This document shows, piece after piece, positions 34,287 to 45,760 of a DNA stretch of 64,000 nt. The position numbers and the translations under genes are program-made. The notes below the pieces were generated by a model. The model did not search any database, was not told the origin of the DNA, and was given only the letters and a program-made list of their open reading frames with translations. Origin of the DNA: Mytilus californianus. Lineage: Eukaryota. Each line of letters starts with the position of its first letter. Position 1 is the first letter of the stretch. The DNA lies in assembly GCF_021869535.1 (NCBI RefSeq), contig NW_026262701.1, positions 70,184,001 to 70,248,000 on the forward strand, given 5' to 3'.

Positions 34287-35947
34287 TTCTGACCATAATG
34301 TCACATGATAGATAACGTGACCTTTCGTACACTGAGCTTTCTTTTAAAAAAAAGAAAGACAACACGTGAACCTGTTGATCAGAGAAGATACATGATTTAA
34401 TCTAAGATGTAGAAAACTATCATGGATTCTTAATATAACTGCTATTCAATGGTGGCTATAATTTTTGTTAAAAACCTCATTTCGAAAATATAACATTAAA
34501 ACATGCAGAATGATTCACTTTTCCTGCTGTAAGTCCAAATGGGTATCATAAAAAGCCTGATATAAGTCTGTTGAAGAGTATATACTTGTTAAAGCATGAA
34601 GCCAATTTTGAAATAATATACAACTTTATAGATTTTATGAAAAAGCGCATCGAATGAAGTCCCTAACCAAATGGAAATGTTTTTGTCTGAAAACAAAACA
34701 TAGCGTTTCTTCAGATGGAACATTGGTGTTGGTTTATGTTCTTATCATTTTTTTAGCCATATCATTTACAAATTTGCCAAAATATATCAATATTGCGGTT
34801 TTGAGACATTTTCGATATTTACAATTGGTCACACGTTCGGAAAATGTTATCAAAACCTTAAAATACACATTTAATAATGTTGATTTTAATAAAAAATTAA
34901 AGGACATTTGGAAAATGGCTCTGGTGGGAAATAATTTCTTGGGAAATTGGCCCTTCTTCATTTTAATATACTAGCTCATTTCCCAGACTCTGTGCAAGTT
35001 AGTGCTTGTCATATTGTATAAACACTTATCTATGGATGAAGGCAGTTTGTTGATTGATATATACTTTATTCTGGAAGAAATGGATTTATTTATTACGTGT
35101 TATAGGCTTTGAACTATTTTTCAGCAACTGTGAGTACTGTAAGATCGGACCTTTGTGTCTTTTGTCTTCATATTAGTTGTATTTTGCTTGTACTCTGTGC
35201 CAATCTGATGATTCAAGCCATTTCCAACCGATTTTTACAGTTTGTTCTTATGTTGGGCTGTTACACCACTGTCCTAGGTTATGAGAGTTGAGAGCGTTCA
35301 CAACATGTTTAACGCCGCAAAATTCTACATGTGGTTGTCCTAATTTAAGAGTCTGTATTTCAGTGGTTGTCGTTGGTTGCTGTCTGTCATTGTTTTGTCA
35401 TAAATTAGGCCATTGTTTTTGTTTGTTTCATTTTTTTTGTATAGCTGACTACAATCGGTATGGATTTGGCTCATTGTTGAAGTTCGTATAGTGCTTTTGT
35501 TGCTTAAATCCACTTCATCTGGACTATGTTGTCTCATTGTCAATCATACCATATCACCTAATTTTATATTATATAGATGAATAAAAATAGATTTTGGGTA
35601 TGCGTAAACGAGACAACAACCCAACGGCACAAGAAAAACCCAAAAGACATCTAGAGGGTAACTTATAGTCTCCAACAAAAAAGCAGGTGTTTGTATAATA
35701 TGTCAAGCTTAAAATCTTTCCGAGTCCGAAAGGTTGTGCATAAATTGAATGGACTATAAAAAAAATAGTTTTTAATCGTAGCGTAAGTTTGCTGTCTTAT
35801 TGACTCACGTTTCACATCCTCTTTTATCTAGGTACTTAAATAATATACTAAATGCTTAAAACATCATATATTTATTGTGAATACAACTGTACAGTTACAT
35901 TTGAACCTAAATAATGCATATATTTGGTTAAAGTCATTGCAAGCGTG

Positions 35948-38467
35948 TCACAATTTGGAGGCATAAACTTGTCTTGTGTAAGTATTCCTTTTCATCATTG
36001 CTAATGCTTCCCTGTCAATGTTATTATTCCCAAGTGCATGCTTTGCCAAACGTTTTGCCTCCTGGAGAAGATTTTCAATGTCTACAACTGAATCAACAAG
36101 GCCTAACGTTTTAGCTTCTGGTGCCGTAATTCTCCTTCCAAATACAATAGCTTCACGGTGAGCATCAACATTCCAAATTTTGTTGCTGAAATTGAAAAAA
36201 ATTATATTTGAATACCTTTGTTTGTTTAACGTTTCGATTCTAAGCTATATATCCTACTGAATATGTACGAAGTATTTGCCATAGTAAGTTAAGTTAATAA
36301 AACAAACAATCGAACAAATTCAATTAAACAAAAACTGTTTAATTGATTAAAGAAATGATGCTTGTTGTTGAACTAAATGTACAACAGTTTTGTTCATACT
36401 CTTTAGAATACTGAACAGAATTCTTGTCTTTATTCAATTAATTTTTCCTTTCTCATCGCCTTTTATAAGCTTGAGACATTGGACACTAAATAATAAGTGA
36501 CAGATCCTCATCCCGGTCAATCAATTCTATTTATGGGGAATTGATTTTTTTAAGGTTGAAGATGAAAGTGCAGATCAACAAACAATATAAGTAATGATAT
36601 TATCTTTACCAAAAAATAAATGGCAGTTAGGGAACAATCTTACTTAATAACATCTCGTATATCCTCTTTAATTGGTAAATTCATGTGAACTTCATTCCAG
36701 CATATCCATCCTCGATCTGACCGCATCACCCTGTAATCATGCCCCATTGCAAGGAATGCACCACCAGCAAATGTATGACCTAAAATATTAATACATCTGG
36801 AGATATGACAATACATTAAAAATCCAGTAGTATTAAAAAAGATTACCTCACAAATTTCTTCAGCTATTAATATTAACATTTCTCATTTTCGTAAAACATT
36901 TTCTAACACTTGCTATTTAACAGTTCACTTTGTCAAAAATGAATGTGTCTAAGTGTGTGTGAGTGTAATCAAAGAGCATTAATGGGTTTTACTGCGGATT
37001 TTTGTTTTGAAATAAACTTCTACACGGGCATCAATTCTGCACAAGAGCAAAATAATATTAAAAACTTTTTAATTTAGATCTCCGTGTTTTCAAAGGTAAA
37101 ATTACACTCGACTTTAAATTTTGTAATATGAAAATAAGGGTTCGTGTCCGGTTATCACGTACTATTTATTAAAATATATATATATATCCATAGATGTATT
37201 CAAATATTAACACGATTACTGGCAACGAATAACTAAAAAGCCCAAAATCCATAAAATTTTAAGCAAAACATTAAATGATCACGCCAAAAAAACCGGGTCG
37301 TCATTTGGTCATATGCCCATGGTGAACTCTATAATCAGATCTATACTTCGTTTTGTTCAATTCCGTCAAAAGCCATGAGAGCCCAAGGTAGCAATACATA
37401 GAATTTCTTCTTTTCAAAGTAATCAATTCAAAGTTTAAAACAAACCATTTAATGCTGCTACAGTTGGAATTGGAAAGTGCATAATCCTCCATATCGAATC
37501 TGCTAGGGATGCTCTGAACTGATCCCTCTTTTCGTCTGTTAATGGCGTCATCCATTTCAAATCTATGCCATTACTGTAAAATTTTCCTTCTGAAGTTGTT
37601 ATTAGGGCCTTGCAATCTTTATTTCTGAAAAAAAAATCAAACTGGAAATATTTTTAACATGTTTTAAATATTACATTCCTAACAAAGGTTGGTGCAACTA
37701 TTATTATATATTGTGAAAAAGGCAACTAAAAAAGTGCTTGTATCATAAAGAAAAATATAATCAAATCAAATCAAATCAAACTTTTATTGCCATATAAACC
37801 AACTTATACGATTTGTGACAAAAACAACATTAACATAATGACAAGAAAAAAGCATGTATAATCATATTAAACAAACTAATGAAAATAGTTCAAAATTCAA
37901 TTATGAGTCCCCTATCCTTAGTGCCAATGACTTTTTAATAAAGGAACCTATGCTTTCTACCTGTTTTTGTGTTATAATATCGACTAAATAGGGACGACTA
38001 AAGGAGGAGGAGGACATTCGATACAAAAATCTTGACCTCGACTTTATATTTTCAGCTGTTCATTGCTTCAACGCTTGACTCTCCATTTCCAGGGCTTAAG
38101 ACTTCGAAAACTCTTTAATCTGCATGCGACCATAGATTTGAATGTTATTTTATCAATGCATATATTTTTCTGATTCCCTAGCAGTGTCTAAAGTGAGCTT
38201 AAGAATAAGTTAACATGTAATGTGCCCCTAATAAATCTATTCGTACGGTAAATAGTGTCAAAATGTGGACCGTTCCACATTTTAAACTTATCTGTTTAAC
38301 AAACAATTGGGATATAAGAAAATGTTCACTTACTCAAGCACAAGATCCAAAGTATTGTTGAATTCCTGAAGAAAAGAATTATTCAGTCGATTTTCCCCGT
38401 TCAACATTCGTATTATCGTAATTCCATCGTCGGTAAACTCCAGTTTTATGTTAGCCTGCGTTCCCAT
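35948..38467 (-). CDS. ECI: Peroxisomal enoyl-CoA delta-isomerase paralog B, 228 aa; exons 38467-38334, 37624-37446, 36779-36644, 36185-35948
   Basis: Exon sizes identical to paralog A (134/179/136/238) with the same phases. GKFYSNGIDL, PTVAALNGHTFAGG, HDYRVMRSDRG, CWNEVH. Ends -ASKL (PTS1). Confidence 0.92.
37758..38170 (-). mobile_element. 5'-truncated LINE 3' end in ECI-B intron 1
   Basis: On -: decayed ORF2 C-terminus, then AATAAA followed by a (TTTGA)n tail at 37758-37790. A related fragment lies at ~44330-44670. Confidence 0.55.
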
Positions 38468-39680
38468 TTTAACTCAGTATATCGATAACTTGATAGAATA
38501 CACAACTGGAGAAATGAATTTAAGATTTTAAAAACATCACAATCGTATGTCAAAAGTTCAAAGTTGGATTGATAAACTCATGTCAAATAATGATGCCTTT
38601 TTGCATTTACTGTTGAACTATGAGCTTTATGTATTTGTCATAGTTGTTGTTTCCTCTGTTCATTCGTTTATTTCAATTACAGATTTAAAACTAGCTTTTT
38701 AAACTGTTTCTGTTTGGCGTATTTCCATTGTTCACTACGTGTGTACGAATACTCAGAAACACCAATATTACAGAATATGGATATGCAAATAAACGACGAA
38801 AGTCAAAAGCTATTACAATATTAGATCATTTATTTTGATAAGCAAAATTTTTAAACCGACCATGTGATATATTGTCAGTATTATCTGCAAATTGATATTT
38901 GTGTTTTTGGTGGTTCATAAATTTGTATTGTATAGAATCAACAGCACCGAGTGTTATAACACGGAAACTAAGTCATTTGATTTTAATAGGGTTGTCACAA
39001 TTGTAGAACAGGGCCTGCTTACCCTTCTGGAGTACATGAGATTAAACCTCAATTGTTTTTTTGTTGTTGTAAATTTGAGTTGAAGGTGCTCAATCTTTAG
39101 TTTTCTGTGTAGTGTATGTGTTAGCTGTTTTTTCGTCTTTTTTTAATTTTATTTTGGACATGCTATTGAAGGTCTTTTATTGACTTACGAAGTTTGATTG
39201 TAAAATCTTGAAAACTTTAAAAGATAAAGAAAAATGTGAACATCAAACATGATTAGCAAGACCAGATCTGCAAATAAGTCAAATAACAAAAAATGTCAAA
39301 CAACATTTAATAGGAGTTATTGCCCTTAAATGATGATATTTACCTCTTTTTCTGGCAGTTATCTTGAAATCTGCAATAGATAGAAACTTGTAGCAGCAAA
39401 ATTGATCGTCAAGGCAAGGCCTACAAGAAATCGTCAAGTGAATCCATATAGTGGTTTATGTCTTTTAACTACTTTTCAGTATTTGTTTAATGTTCTTCAA
39501 GCGGGTCTGGGTCATACATTGGTCAAAACCTTACTTAGTGTGTAAAAGATGGCTGACACTTGTTAATTATTTTAATGCTATACAGTTTTTCCAGGTGATC
39601 GGTGCAGGCTCATGTACTAGGCTGTTTGAATTGAACAGATGAAAGCCAATTATCATATCAATATTTCATAACCACTGTAT

Positions 39681-39843
39681 CAGGGGCGGATTCAGGCGGG
39701 GGCGTGACGGGCGTGCGCCCCCCCCCCCCCTAAAATTTGAAAAGCATGGGTTGTCTTCAGCTTAGTAAAGAATATTTCGATAATTTTACCTCAAAAAAAT
39801 TTAAGTTTGCGTCCCCTAACCTAAAATCCTGGATCCGACCCTG
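39681..39843. mobile_element. MITE with ~16-bp TIRs
   Basis: caggggcggattcagg / cctggatccgaccctg, flanked on both sides by tgtat (39676-39680, 39844-39848). Confidence 0.75.
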
Positions 39844-41069
39844 TGTATAATATTTTTTGGAATTAAATTGGGTTGCTCAATAATTGAAATATACTGAATA
39901 TGATAATGTCAGCTTTTTCCCCAACGCACATATATATATATATATATAGCTGTCAATGTGTTGTTTTGTGTTTACTTTGCATTTATCTCCAATTGGAGCA
40001 AACGTTGCAATATTACTACCGGTCACCCATCCTGACTTATGCACGTCATAACAGATGAACTTTCTTGCAATTTACTTTATTTACGAGTCTTATCTTTTGC
40101 CTTTATATGGCATACATGTTTATACTTATTACAGCAATTTGATGTTACACAGAAACGGAACCATGTAAGAACTAGTGCTCTTTTAAGAAAATATGTTGAG
40201 CTTCCAAATTTTTCCTCAATACCATAAAAGTTACATCCAAGAATAAGTGGTAATAACGGTTAAGGTGAAGTTGGCAATACGTGTTCAGCAAAAGAAAACC
40301 ATCAGCGGGAAGGGAATGTTAGGTATATTAACTTGTTTTTCACATAAAGATTTACTGCGACAGAATATATACACTTGAAATTTTAAATTAGTATGGAGGC
40401 ACGCCACAAACAAATATTAGATAAATAAATGAATATAAACATACCAGATGGGGTATAATTTCTAATTAAACAACTTTTCACCATGGAAGTATATTACATT
40501 GACATTTTTTCATGTTACTTCCATGGTTTCACCAAATACCAGAGGACAAGGATGCAAACCACTACAGGTCGTACGGCCTTAAACAATGAGTAACGTCCAT
40601 ATATACCGTGTACTGAGCTATAAAAGGCTCCATAATAACAAACTGTGAAATAATATGAAAAGAGAACACTAACCCGTTTTTTTTTTTGTGAGGTTCTTGT
40701 TGCTCAGTCGTTACATTTCTATATAGTGTTGTATAGACTGTTTTTCAATCGGTCATTTCGTCGTTTTCCGTGTTTTTTTTTAAAAAATTTTAGTTTACTT
40801 TCTATGGTTTTATCAGTTTCTCTCCGGCTAAAGAATATTAATTGTCTCTTTGATATCTTTCGCATATTTTAACGACCTGATTTGAGCTAATTAGTACATA
40901 CAACTATGGGCGATATCTACTGGATAACATGCTCCTAGCTTGGGCCAAGCACCTACATAATTTGGTGGGGTTTACAGGTGTATGAACGCTCAAATTCTTT
41001 AGAAATGATTTTATTTAGAAATAACAAAGATATAAAACGGAATAAATTATCACAAAAAATAATTGTCTT

Positions 41070-43890
41070 TTAACATCCAGTTTGATCGGTCTTTGAAAAA
41101 TGACCTATGTCTATTCCAAAAGCTTTGGCCTTGGCCATAAGTTTGTCCACAATAGATTGATCCAGAGTCCTTTGTCTACTTAGTATCCATGCAAACTCTA
41201 CATGTCCGAGTGGTCCAAGGAAAGGACCGCATGAGTAAATCAATGTATAGTTTTTATAATCCGTGTCTAATACCCAGTAGTCTCCATATGGAGCACCTAA
41301 AATAAATTAAAAGTTTTCTCTTTAGTTAGTCAATGACGTTATTTCTGACTGACAATTTGTTAAAAACTAACGTATGTATGCATATTAACGTTATTTCTGA
41401 CTGACAATTTGTTGAAAACTAACGTATTTATGCATATTAACGTTATTTCTGACTGACAATTTGTTAAAAACTAACGTATTTATGCATATTAACGTTATTT
41501 CTGACTGATAATTTGTTAAAAACTAACGTATTTATGCATATTAACGTTATTTCTGACTGATAATTTGTTGAAAACTAACGTATTTATGCATATTAACGTT
41601 ATTTCTGACTGACAATTTGTTGAAAATTAACGTTATTTCTGACTGACAATTTGTTAAAAACTAACGTATTTATGCATATTAACGTTATTTCTGACTGACA
41701 ATTTTTTGAAAACTAACGTATTTATTCATAATGTCTATGCAGGCCATTTATTCCCCATTCGTTTTGAACAGATTCTGCTGAATTTTAATATTCGGTGAAA
41801 AAAATATGCCGTTTGAAGTTGCTGAATGAAAGAAATTGACATTTGTCAGTGAAACAAAACAAAAACTTTATTGCGCATATTTTTCAAAATAATATATCCA
41901 TTTATATTTTACTAGTATGTATGTCTTCAGGATCAAAGGTATCGAAAAACCTACCGTCCATGGGTAGATATTCATATCAAATATCATTGTCCATGCACTA
42001 TTATAATTAATCATTTATCAGAAAGTGGAATTATGGGACATTAACAGATCAAAATTCTTTATGGTTTTACCTTTCCCTCTGAAAATTCTTATTCTTAATT
42101 CAGAAAATATAATATCTGGTAAATAGTATAAGACGAACCAAACGAGCAAATACAAAACGCACACCAAACATTAAATACTAGAGGTAAAAAGGTGGCTTCA
42201 ACATGATCGAATCCGACCTGCGACCTTAGAGGTTCGGTGGGCGACCTCGCGACCCTTGGGGGGTTCGTTGGGCGACCTTACGACCTGATGTCTCATTTAA
42301 AAAGACCTGTGGCCTTTAAAAATGTTCAAAACCGAAAATTAGATCAGTTTAGAACTGTATAGTTTGCTTAAAAGTGACTTGGTGACCCGAGACAAGTTTT
42401 TAACGTGACCTTATGACCTAAGGAGGTACCTTACTGGACCCTTAAAAAGGACCCAAAACAATAAATTCTACAACGACTGGCCATTACGAACAAAATATAT
42501 TGCTGAAACATTATAAACGCTTTAAACTACCGCATGTTTGTACTTGTGTACAACAATCAAACATAAAATCAGATACAGAGTAAAGATCGTATGTGATAGC
42601 GTCAATTTGAACATTAATAAAATTTCTTTGAACTCGAATTGTTTTTACTAGTTATCTGGTTTAGAATAATATTAGTTCAATAAAATTCTGTGAAAATATT
42701 AATTTTCGATACAAAATTGCGTATAGTTATGTTTGTACAATTATGCACTGATTGACATACGATGAGAAAACTTTATACTCTTGGTACAATTTGTAATGTT
42801 CTTCCATCCATTTTTAGATAAAATACTCAAAATGTGCAAAATTTAAAAAGATTTACTGTTTTTAAGCATTTGAATTTAAGAAAAATACTTACTTTCAGCA
42901 AATTTGACTTTTAAATTAGCAGGATGGTTAGTGTCTGGCATATAGAGGTCACCTATTGCTTCTACTTTGCTGCCAGATCTACAAAATGATATAATTTTTT
43001 TTTAAGATTGCAATTAAATTATGAAAAGCGACATAAATTCCACCCATTATGAAATATAGAAACATTCAATTGTCAATTAATTTTCATTTCTTCTGGAGTT
43101 CAGTTAACTCTTGAAGCAAAAAAATTGTTTCAAACCTATTTATAATCCTTTTTCTTTTCATTTCCATTTGTTTACCCAGATTATCACAATCTGTTTGCAT
43201 TATCATAACATATTTACATATGCGACAATACATAGATATAAGAAGATGTAATAGATTTATTGATATATTCACCTGACACCTGCGTTATCCACTCTAATAT
43301 GACTGTTGTTCTTAATTTGGTAGTTGGCTTCTACACATTTTTGTCCAACTTCAAAAATTGCCCAAAATTTGTAGATTTCATACCAGTTTCCGAGGTACTG
43401 AAAATAATATCAAAAAGTTGATTAAGAGTTTCTATTTCCATTTAGCTAATTGCCAATAAGAGATATTGCTATGGTGATACATATGAAGTGCTCATCAATT
43501 AATTATAAAATTAACAGACAAGACATTGTCATCTTTTGCCCAATAATGCAAAAGGCCTTGTTTGATCAAATATCCTATTGTTTTGACCCCCCCCCCCCCC
43601 CCCCCCCGTGCAGAATGGTAAGATATTCCGCGCGCCATAATCTCTTCGTTGTTTTTGTGGATATTATTAACCTCTAAAATAATGCTTTAATATAATATGT
43701 AGGTAACAATTAAGTTTTCGGTATTTTGATGCTGGGTAAGGGTAAAATGAGAGAATATTTTTTTTAATTAAAATCTTACTTGTGGTAAATCGAGTGTGGT
43801 TTGAGTGACAGTCTTTGGACATCCACCAGGTCTGACAACCTGAGCAGCAGTTGCCCACACACAAACAAGGAAGACAAGAATTGACCACAT
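41070..43890 (-). CDS. APOD: Apolipoprotein D-like lipocalin 1, 182 aa; exons 43890-43780, 43397-43273, 42978-42893, 41296-41070
   Basis: Signal peptide; SCR1 YLGNWYEI; SCR2 YWVLDTDY; SCR3 AWILSR; four Cys (GCP, QKC, YSC, terminal C); intron phases 0/2/1, as is typical for lipocalins; 549 nt. Confidence 0.93.
41335..41727. repeat. 52-bp minisatellite (~7.5 units) in APOD-1 intron 3
   Basis: Unit aacgttatttctgactgacaatttgttaaaaactaacgtatttatgcatatt; one unit is shortened near 41610. Confidence 0.95.
42177..42460. repeat. GC-richer segment with repeated GCGACC/GTGACC motifs, probable DNA-transposon subterminus
   Basis: About ten (c/t)gacc motifs in an otherwise AT-rich intron. Confidence 0.4.
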
Positions 43891-43938
43891 CTTGGCGGGA
43901 GTATTTTTTGTTTGTGATATCACATTTTAAAAGCATGC

Positions 43939-43987
43939 TTTTATACCATGTTTACAAGCTTATCTTCCTCACGTTGAACCCGACGTG
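43939..43987 (-). promoter_or_regulatory. APOD-1 promoter module: ACGTG, GATAAG and TATAAAA
   Basis: TATAAAA 49 nt upstream of the ATG; the same order is found upstream of the other two paralogs. Confidence 0.65.
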
Positions 43988-44690
43988 AAATTTTATGTAA
44001 TTTTGTTTTGAAAAGAAATTTTATCAAGAATGGACATTCCACTGTGGTTAGGGAAATTGTTTATTAAGTTCACTGACTAGTATCCTTGAACTATTAAAGT
44101 CATAGTTTGAGTCAAAAATGTGCTTACAGGACGAAATTTTCTATTTTTGACAGAACAAAATTTGATCAATTTCATCAAGACAAATTTGTGCAAGATCTTG
44201 AAGGAAAGAATATTTGAATGCAGTTTTATACAACTTCAAAAATTGCCCAAAATTTGTAGATTTCATACCACGAAAAAAATAACACAATGAGTACACGCAG
44301 TCAAATTCAAAACTTCATAGTCATATAACTCAACTGACATGATTTGTGACAAAATAACAAAACATAGTATAACAATGATGTATAACTAACAAGAAGAAAG
44401 CATACACTGTAAAGTTTTGATAACCTAACTTAAAATAAGATTTGATAATACAGTTTAAAACTCAATTACGAGTCCCCTACTTTTAGTACGAACGACTGTT
44501 TTATAAAGTAGGCTTCTACATATACTTTCTACTTGTTTATTGTGTTGATTGGCAGATGATATATTTCATTTTTGCATTATCCTCATACTTCAAATATGAT
44601 GAAATTGACGTTCAATAATTTCACTGACTACTCATTGGTTGTTTAAGAGATTTTGATAGATTTCTTCTGATGGCTTTTCGATGTGTTACA

Positions 44691-44757
44691 ACAATGTCAT
44701 AACACTATGACAATGTCATAACACTGTGACAATGTCATAACACTATGACAATGTCAT
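44691..44757. repeat. 19-bp tandem repeat x3.5 (ACAATGTCATAACACTATG)
   Basis: Direct inspection. Confidence 0.9.
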
Positions 44758-45084
44758 TAACTTTGTTCCAAGAAAAGGGAGAAGATACCAACATGTCTAC
44801 AAAACATTCAAGGTTGAAGAAAAACACTATGACAACAAAAAAAGACTAACAACTACAATAGTCCACAAAACATTACACAGAAAAATAAAGATTAAGCAAT
44901 ACGAACCCCACCAAAGTCCTGTGATAAACTCTGAAAGACTTGTTATTTGAAAATACATCTCGTCACTTATATGAAAAACAATGTTTGCAAACCTACGCCG
45001 CTGATACTAAAAAGCCTATGTATGCCACCAAGTAACCAACCATTTTCCCATTAAAAAATGAAAACAACACCTTATAAAAAAACA

Positions 45085-45305
45085 TGTCTTGCGTCCGAAG
45101 AGCTTTTCTAGATTTATCTTCATCAGGAACGTTCGAAGCCGAATATGTAAAAGCCAAGGATGTATAAGAACCGATACAGTTGATGAACTATATGATCAAA
45201 AGGATCTAAAAAAATAGCCAAATCCATCTAAGGTCAGCTTTGCCTGAGGGAGTTGGAACCTTAGTTTCTTTATAATTTCAAAATTTATAAACAGGCAATT
45301 TTAGA
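45085..45305 (-). mobile_element. Hammerhead-bearing repeat (family HHR-2); motif 45132-45091 with intact core boxes
   Basis: Minus strand ACGTTC-CTGATGA-AGATAAATCTA-GAAA-AGCTCT-TC-GGACGC; stem I CGUUC/GGACG pairs. Confidence 0.7.
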
Positions 45306-45507
45306 GTGAACAGAAACTGCCTGCCATTTCTGAGCTTTTCAGTTCACCCCTGTGTATTTTAATATATTTCATGTTGGTCGATCTTAAGTTTTCCGTATAG
45401 AGTTTTTTGGGACTTTGACTTTTGTCTATTTTGTCTATTGTTCATGTTTTTTATCTGTCCTTTTTCGACTTATGTTATGTTTGATTTTCCCTTGTATCCT
45501 CTTATTT

Positions 45508-45760
45508 TCAGCCAACCTGACCCGAAGGATAAAGTCAGCAATTTTCATCACTTGGAGTCCGTCGTTCGTCGTCCGTTAACTTTAACAAAACATGTCTCCA
45601 TTGAAACTACTAGGCCAATTGGAACCAAATTTGGCCACACCTGCCAACAAACATAAAGACCTGGTTAAACATAGAACACAGGGGTGAAATGCAAGTTTTA
45701 TCTAATATCTTGAAAACCGCTAAAGATAGGAGTAATAGATCTTAAATGACGATTTTAATG
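45508..45760. mobile_element. HINE-like repeat fragment (second family)
   Basis: agccaacctgacccgaagg...catcacttggagtccgtcgttcgtcgtccg short-IR plus (GTC)-rich microsatellite organisation. Confidence 0.45.

Noticed and set aside
34318-34330. TGACCT upstream of ECI-A as a PPRE/DR1
   Set aside because: Single half-site, second half poor, and not shared with ECI-B.
41335-41727. 52-, 28- and 20-bp arrays as CRISPR-like
   Set aside because: Head-to-tail units with no unique spacers, no cas genes, eukaryotic intron context.
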